The position numbers and the translations under genes were made by a program. From positions 64,001-80,837 of IMG/VR virus record IMGVR_UViG_3300038603_000024: a stretch of DNA of 16,837 nucleotides. The stretch is one strand, 5' to 3'. Below the pieces are notes generated by a model. The model was given only the letters and a program-made list of their open reading frames with translations. It was not told the DNA's origin and did no database searches. How positions within the stretch are numbered: position 1 is the stretch's first letter; each line of letters opens with the position of its first letter. This document shows positions 13,833 through 16,837 of the stretch, one piece after another. Origin of the DNA: a virus (lineage: Duplodnaviria; Heunggongvirae; Uroviricota; Caudoviricetes).

Positions 13833-13940
13833 CTACACCACTCCATTGTTGGAGTTGATGTCCACAAAGTAATCCGCCCGGTCCTCTGCCATGCAGGCGG
13901 CAACGGTGAATGTCGCTAGTGCTAGGGCGTATCGCTTCAT
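13833..13940 (-). CDS. 35-aa lipoprotein-like peptide (MKRYALALATFTVAA-CMAEDRADYFVDINSNNGVV)
   Basis: TAGGAG RBS; basic N-terminus, hydrophobic core, lipobox-like VAAC. Confidence 0.65.
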   Translation of the reverse strand: MKRYALALATFTVAACMAEDRADYFVDINSNNGVV

Positions 13941-13950
13941 GGTCTATCTC

Positions 13951-14055
13951 CTAAAACGGCGGCTCTTCGTCTGCGCTCTTTGGCTTCCACACAAGATCCA
14001 CTTGATGCATTGCCAGCAGGTAGTCGCGCAGGGTGTAGATGTCGAATGGGTTCAT
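13951..14055 (-). CDS. 34-aa peptide (MNPFDIYTLRDYLLAMHQVDLVWKPKSADEEPPF)
   Basis: ATGA overlap upstream; its stop forms part of the next RBS (TAGGAG). Confidence 0.65.
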   Translation of the reverse strand: MNPFDIYTLRDYLLAMHQVDLVWKPKSADEEPPF

Positions 14056-14387
14056 TCTTCACCACAGGCCTTTGCTAGGACAGCACGGGCGCGCATCATG
14101 ACCTCAGGCGTAAGCTCAACGCCGCTGTCTAACGCATCGTAGAGACCCTTTAGCGCATCATGAGCCTCTAATGCAAAATCAGCCAGGTATTCATACTCTT
14201 CCCTTGCGTCACCTAAGTGATCCCAAGTGTCAGAAAAGCACCCTTCTTCAACCTCAAAATGCTCCTCAAGCTCACCGTTGGTCATATGCGCGCGCTCTGG
14301 GTAGTCGTCTCGCAAGCGGTCAAAGTAGTTTGAGTCAACTTTTTCCGGCCACCACCAAGGTTTTTGCGTGAGTTTGGTATCAGTCAT
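14052..14387 (-). CDS. Hypothetical phage protein, 111 aa (MTDTKLTQKPWW...ARAVLAKACGE)
   Basis: TAAGGAGAG RBS; promoter at 14414-14442. Confidence 0.8.
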   Translation of the reverse strand: MTDTKLTQKPWWWPEKVDSNYFDRLRDDYPERAHMTNGELEEHFEVEEGCFSDTWDHLGDAREEYEYLADFALEAHDALKGLYDALDSGVELTPEVMMRARAVLAKACGEE

Positions 14388-14413
14388 AACATCTCTCCTT
14401 ATCTGATACACCT

Positions 14414-14442
14414 ACAGTAGTGGCTAGGTCGTGTACTTGCAA
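14414..14442 (-). promoter_or_regulatory. Sigma70-type promoter
   Basis: TTGCAA-17 nt-TACTGT, directly after a terminator. Confidence 0.65.
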
Positions 14443-14443
14443 T

Positions 14444-14466
14444 AAAAAACGACCCCGAAGGGCCGC
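14444..14466 (-). terminator. Intrinsic terminator with a cUUCGg loop
   Basis: GCGGCCC-TTCG-GGGTCGT-TTTTT. Confidence 0.85.
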
Positions 14467-14471
14467 TTTCT

Positions 14472-15025
14472 TTACTCTGCTGCTACTGCTGCGGTCTTAG
14501 CGTCGTATTCCGCCTCTGCTAGTGACCGTACCGCGTGGGCTGCATCCAGGATGTGCGGGTGCTTCTCCGCAATGAACGCCATCACCATGCTAGAGACGTA
14601 TGCCTGCCGGTTGAGCGCGCGCTGGATGTTGTCAATAGCTTCGACGTGGCGCTGCTTTTGCTTTCGCATTTGTTCGTTAGCGTTGCGGTTAGCTTCCTTT
14701 GCGCGGTCGAAGTTGGCTTGCAGGCTGTTGATTTGGTCTTGTAGTTGGTTCAACTGGCCTTGGCTGGGCTGACTTGGATCAACAGTCTCGGCAGGCTCTC
14801 CGCCCAATTCCTCGATATGCTCTTTCAGCTCAGTGATGGTTCGTTGGCGGTGGATCATTGCGCCCATTGCAGACTTGCGCCAGTTAGGCTTTGACCCGCG
14901 CACAAGGCCCGAATCGTACAGCTCAACCTGAGCAGCGATATTCCGGTTCTCCTCCTCTAGCTGCTCAATCTCGGCCTCACACTCCTCGATAGTGTCGGGG
15001 AAAATTCCTGTTCGTCGTCATGCAT
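14472..15025 (-). CDS. Coiled-coil protein with a frame discontinuity at 14997-15004
   Basis: The open coding frame extends from GTG 14903 up to about 15017 (FPDTIEECEAEIEQLEEENRNIAAQVELYDSG); the RBS-linked ATGs at 15025 and 15021 are in the other two frames. Confidence 0.6.
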
Positions 15026-15037
15026 GTGTCTTTCTCC

Positions 15038-15289
15038 TTATCCTGTCCGCCAAATGCGAACACCTTTAACTCCGCCACGCATCATTTCGCGCGTCATATA
15101 ATTGCCAGACCCCAGATGATCCAGCGCCGCCGCTCGTGCCGCCCGAATAGCCAGCCCGTCTTCATGATCCGGGACAAAGAAGCTGTCTCCGATAGCCATG
15201 CGTTTGAACGGGTATCGGGACTTGCGACCTCCTCCGCGCTTTGGTGGATCAATGTTCTTTTCAATTACAAATTCGTCAGGTTCGGTCAT
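15038..15289 (-). CDS. Small phage DNA-binding-like protein, 83 aa (PPKRGGGRKSRYPFKRMAIGDSFFV...GVRIWR)
   Basis: Recalled widespread phage family with YPF..M..GDSF and GVRVWR motifs; AAGGA RBS 3' of the tRNA. Confidence 0.75.
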   Translation of the reverse strand: MTEPDEFVIEKNIDPPKRGGGRKSRYPFKRMAIGDSFFVPDHEDGLAIRAARAAALDHLGSGNYMTREMMRGGVKGVRIWRTG

Positions 15290-15304
15290 ATCGTTTCCTT
15301 TGCT

Positions 15305-15380
15305 TGGACCACCCTCCGGGACTTGAACCCAGATCTGAAGCTTAGGAGGCAACTGCTCTATCCGGTTGAGCTAAGGGTGG
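15305..15380 (-). tRNA. tRNA-Arg, anticodon CCU (reads AGG), encoded CCA
   Basis: 76-nt cloverleaf: acceptor CCACCCT/AGGGTGG, D arm GCTC/GAGC with A20, loop CTCCTAA, T loop TTCAAGT, 3' TCCA. Confidence 0.9.
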
Positions 15381-15403
15381 CTTGTCTCTCTTTCCGTACA
15401 CTC

Positions 15404-15432
15404 AACCTAAGATTTGATCCACAGCCAGTCAA
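15404..15432 (-). promoter_or_regulatory. tRNA promoter
   Basis: TTGACT-17 nt-TAGGTT. Confidence 0.65.
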
Positions 15433-15435
15433 CAG

Positions 15436-15473
15436 AAAAAGTCAAGCCCGCGAAGATTTCTCAACGCGGGCCT
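15436..15473 (-). terminator. Intrinsic terminator after the RNA ligase gene
   Basis: AGGCCCGCG-12 nt-CGCGGGCTT-GAC-TTTTT. Confidence 0.6.
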
Positions 15474-15478
15474 GTTTG

Positions 15479-16411
15479 TCAGATGCATTTGGCCTTGTAT
15501 GCGTTAATGGCCTTGGCGTTTAGGCTCTTCGCCACGTCTTTCCATTCTAGCCCCATCCCAGCCAGTTCGTCAGCGCTTTCTTTCTTGACGTCATTGCCGA
15601 ACCACCTTGCGAAGTCACCGATGCGCTTGAAGTCAAATTCACCGTCACAAGCTTCGGATGCCGCTTGTTGGATACGTGCGTCAGTAATGAAGGCATCGCA
15701 GAAGGCCAACACATTGGCAGGGATCTCTACCTTTGCAGTCGCTGCTGCTTTGGTTTTCTTAACCCGGTGAGCCTCACATTTCACCTTGCAAATCATTTTG
15801 GAATAGTCGTCACGACTTGCCCGACGTGGAGATAAGACAAATCCCTCCCCTGGTCCTGAAATATCCCACATCGCCTTAATGTATGGATCTTCCTTGCCAA
15901 TGCTTTCAGCTAGGTCGGACAGCTCCTGTGCTTTGGCCCCAACATCCTTGTCGTCAAAAAGGTTCAGCTCAAACTCTTTCATAATCGGCAGGACTTCAAT
16001 CCCATCGACATTAGGAACCATCTCACTGATAACTTCTGGGTCGCTGCACACTTCACCAGTGCTTAGGTCTTGGATCGCAAAGACAAAAAACATCTTCTTA
16101 GCAATGTTGCTTACTGCGTCACTCTTTTGGACGCCCGGTCCAGCCCACTCTCCGTAAACAGCACAGTTCATCGGGAAGTCGCTTGGGTTCAGAGTGTCCA
16201 CAAAGCCTGCAAAGCCAAAGTTGTCGTCGCCAACCTTAATGATCCGACTGCGAGATTGAGCGTAAAGTCCGCCCTCATCTCGAACAATTGCAGCGTTAGT
16301 CCCGTGCAGTTTGATTTTCGCAATAAAGTTTCGCTCAGTCATTCCGTATCGACGTGCATTCTTCACAAAGTGAGAAAAGCTTTCGACGCTTGGGTACTTA
16401 TGAAATTCCAT
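15479..16411 (-). CDS. rnl2: ATP-dependent RNA ligase, T4 Rnl2 family
   Basis: Motif I KIKLHGTN, Ia QSR, III VYGEW, IIIa FFVFAI, IV EGFVL, V CKVK; C-terminal domain ITDARI...IG...DVKKE. Confidence 0.9.
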   Translation of the reverse strand: MEFHKYPSVESFSHFVKNARRYGMTERNFIAKIKLHGTNAAIVRDEGGLYAQSRSRIIKVGDDNFGFAGFVDTLNPSDFPMNCAVYGEWAGPGVQKSDAVSNIAKKMFFVFAIQDLSTGEVCSDPEVISEMVPNVDGIEVLPIMKEFELNLFDDKDVGAKAQELSDLAESIGKEDPYIKAMWDISGPGEGFVLSPRRASRDDYSKMICKVKCEAHRVKKTKAAATAKVEIPANVLAFCDAFITDARIQQAASEACDGEFDFKRIGDFARWFGNDVKKESADELAGMGLEWKDVAKSLNAKAINAYKAKCI

Positions 16412-16463
16412 GTTAGTTCTCCTGCTTGTTAACTCTTGTCAGCTTCGGTGTAGGCGCTGGGCG

Positions 16464-16837
16464 TCATACTGAGATCGGCGCTTTAATGACTGGATGAGGG
16501 TCATACCTAATCAGCTCAAAGTCCTCATACTTGAATGCAAATATGTCTTTAACTTCTGGGTTTATGCGCATTTCCGGAAGGGGCTTAGAGCAACGTGACA
16601 GTTGCAGCTCCACTTGCTCAACATGGTTCAAGTAGATATGAGCGTCACCAATCGTGTGAATAAGTTCACCAGGCTTATACCCAGTCACTTGAGCGATCAT
16701 CATTTGCAGCAGCGCATATGAGGCGATATTGAATGGAACGCCCAAGAACATATCCGCAGACCGCTGGTACAGTTGCATATGCAGCTTCTCGCCAATAATG
16801 CGAACCTGCCATAGCGTATGGCATGGGGGCAAGGCCA
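16464..16837 (-). CDS. thyA: Thymidylate synthase, 3' part (5' end outside the window)
   Basis: LPPCH catalytic Cys, [24 protein letters not shown], terminal APISV. Confidence 0.97.
   Translation of the reverse strand, partial: ALPPCHTLWQVRIIGEKLHMQLYQRSADMFLGVPFNIASYALLQMMIAQVTGYKPGELIHTIGDAHIYLNHVEQVELQLSRCSKPLPEMRINPEVKDIFAFKYEDFELIRYDPHPVIKAPISV

Noticed and set aside
15290-15352. N-terminal extension of the 15038 ORF
   Set aside because: Overlaps the tRNA; the RBS-linked ATG is at 15289
15305-15380. tRNA as an integration (att) site
   Set aside because: No duplicated tRNA 3' end and no integrase in the window; the tRNA has its own promoter inside the phage gene block
16429-16467. 12-aa mini-ORF ([12 protein letters not shown]) overlapping the thyA stop by ATGA
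   Set aside because: Too short to support; easily a chance product of the stop codon context
1-16837. CRISPR array, IS element, intron or intein
   Set aside because: No regularly spaced repeats, no transposase, and thyA, rnl2 and the GGQ gene are uninterrupted in the visible sequence

Overview
Window of a tailed dsDNA bacteriophage genome (or phage-derived element), densely packed with small, mostly uncharacterised early/accessory genes. A Rhodobacteraceae-like alphaproteobacterial host is an inference from protein-family recall and has not been checked. Recognisable genes: a GIY-YIG endonuclease fused to a terminase small subunit (2294-3244), an ASCH domain protein, an Xre-type HTH protein, a signal-peptide-bearing SNase-family nuclease, a stand-alone GGQ release-factor catalytic domain, tRNA-Arg(CCU), a T4 Rnl2-family RNA ligase and the 3' part of thyA. 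Two leftward blocks (4.2-9.0 kb and 11.4-16.8 kb) and short rightward blocks are organised as terminator/sigma70-promoter/RBS cassettes. Structure that simple gene calls do not explain: (i) a 12-bp pseudo-palindromic operator, GTCC-AAAC-GGAC, in the spacer of several TTGACG promoters; (ii) 13-25 bp direct repeats that exactly bracket one- or two-gene cassettes; (iii) a coiled-coil gene whose start codon is out of frame at a TTTTCCCC run; (iv) a divergent 9.0-9.7 kb switch region with convergent promoters over a possible CTG-initiated hydrophobic peptide; (v) a translation-related gene set (GGQ domain, Rnl2, tRNA with a doubly mismatched anticodon stem, ASCH). No integrase, structural genes, TerL or CRISPR array is visible. 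All family calls come from motif recognition; no database search was run.
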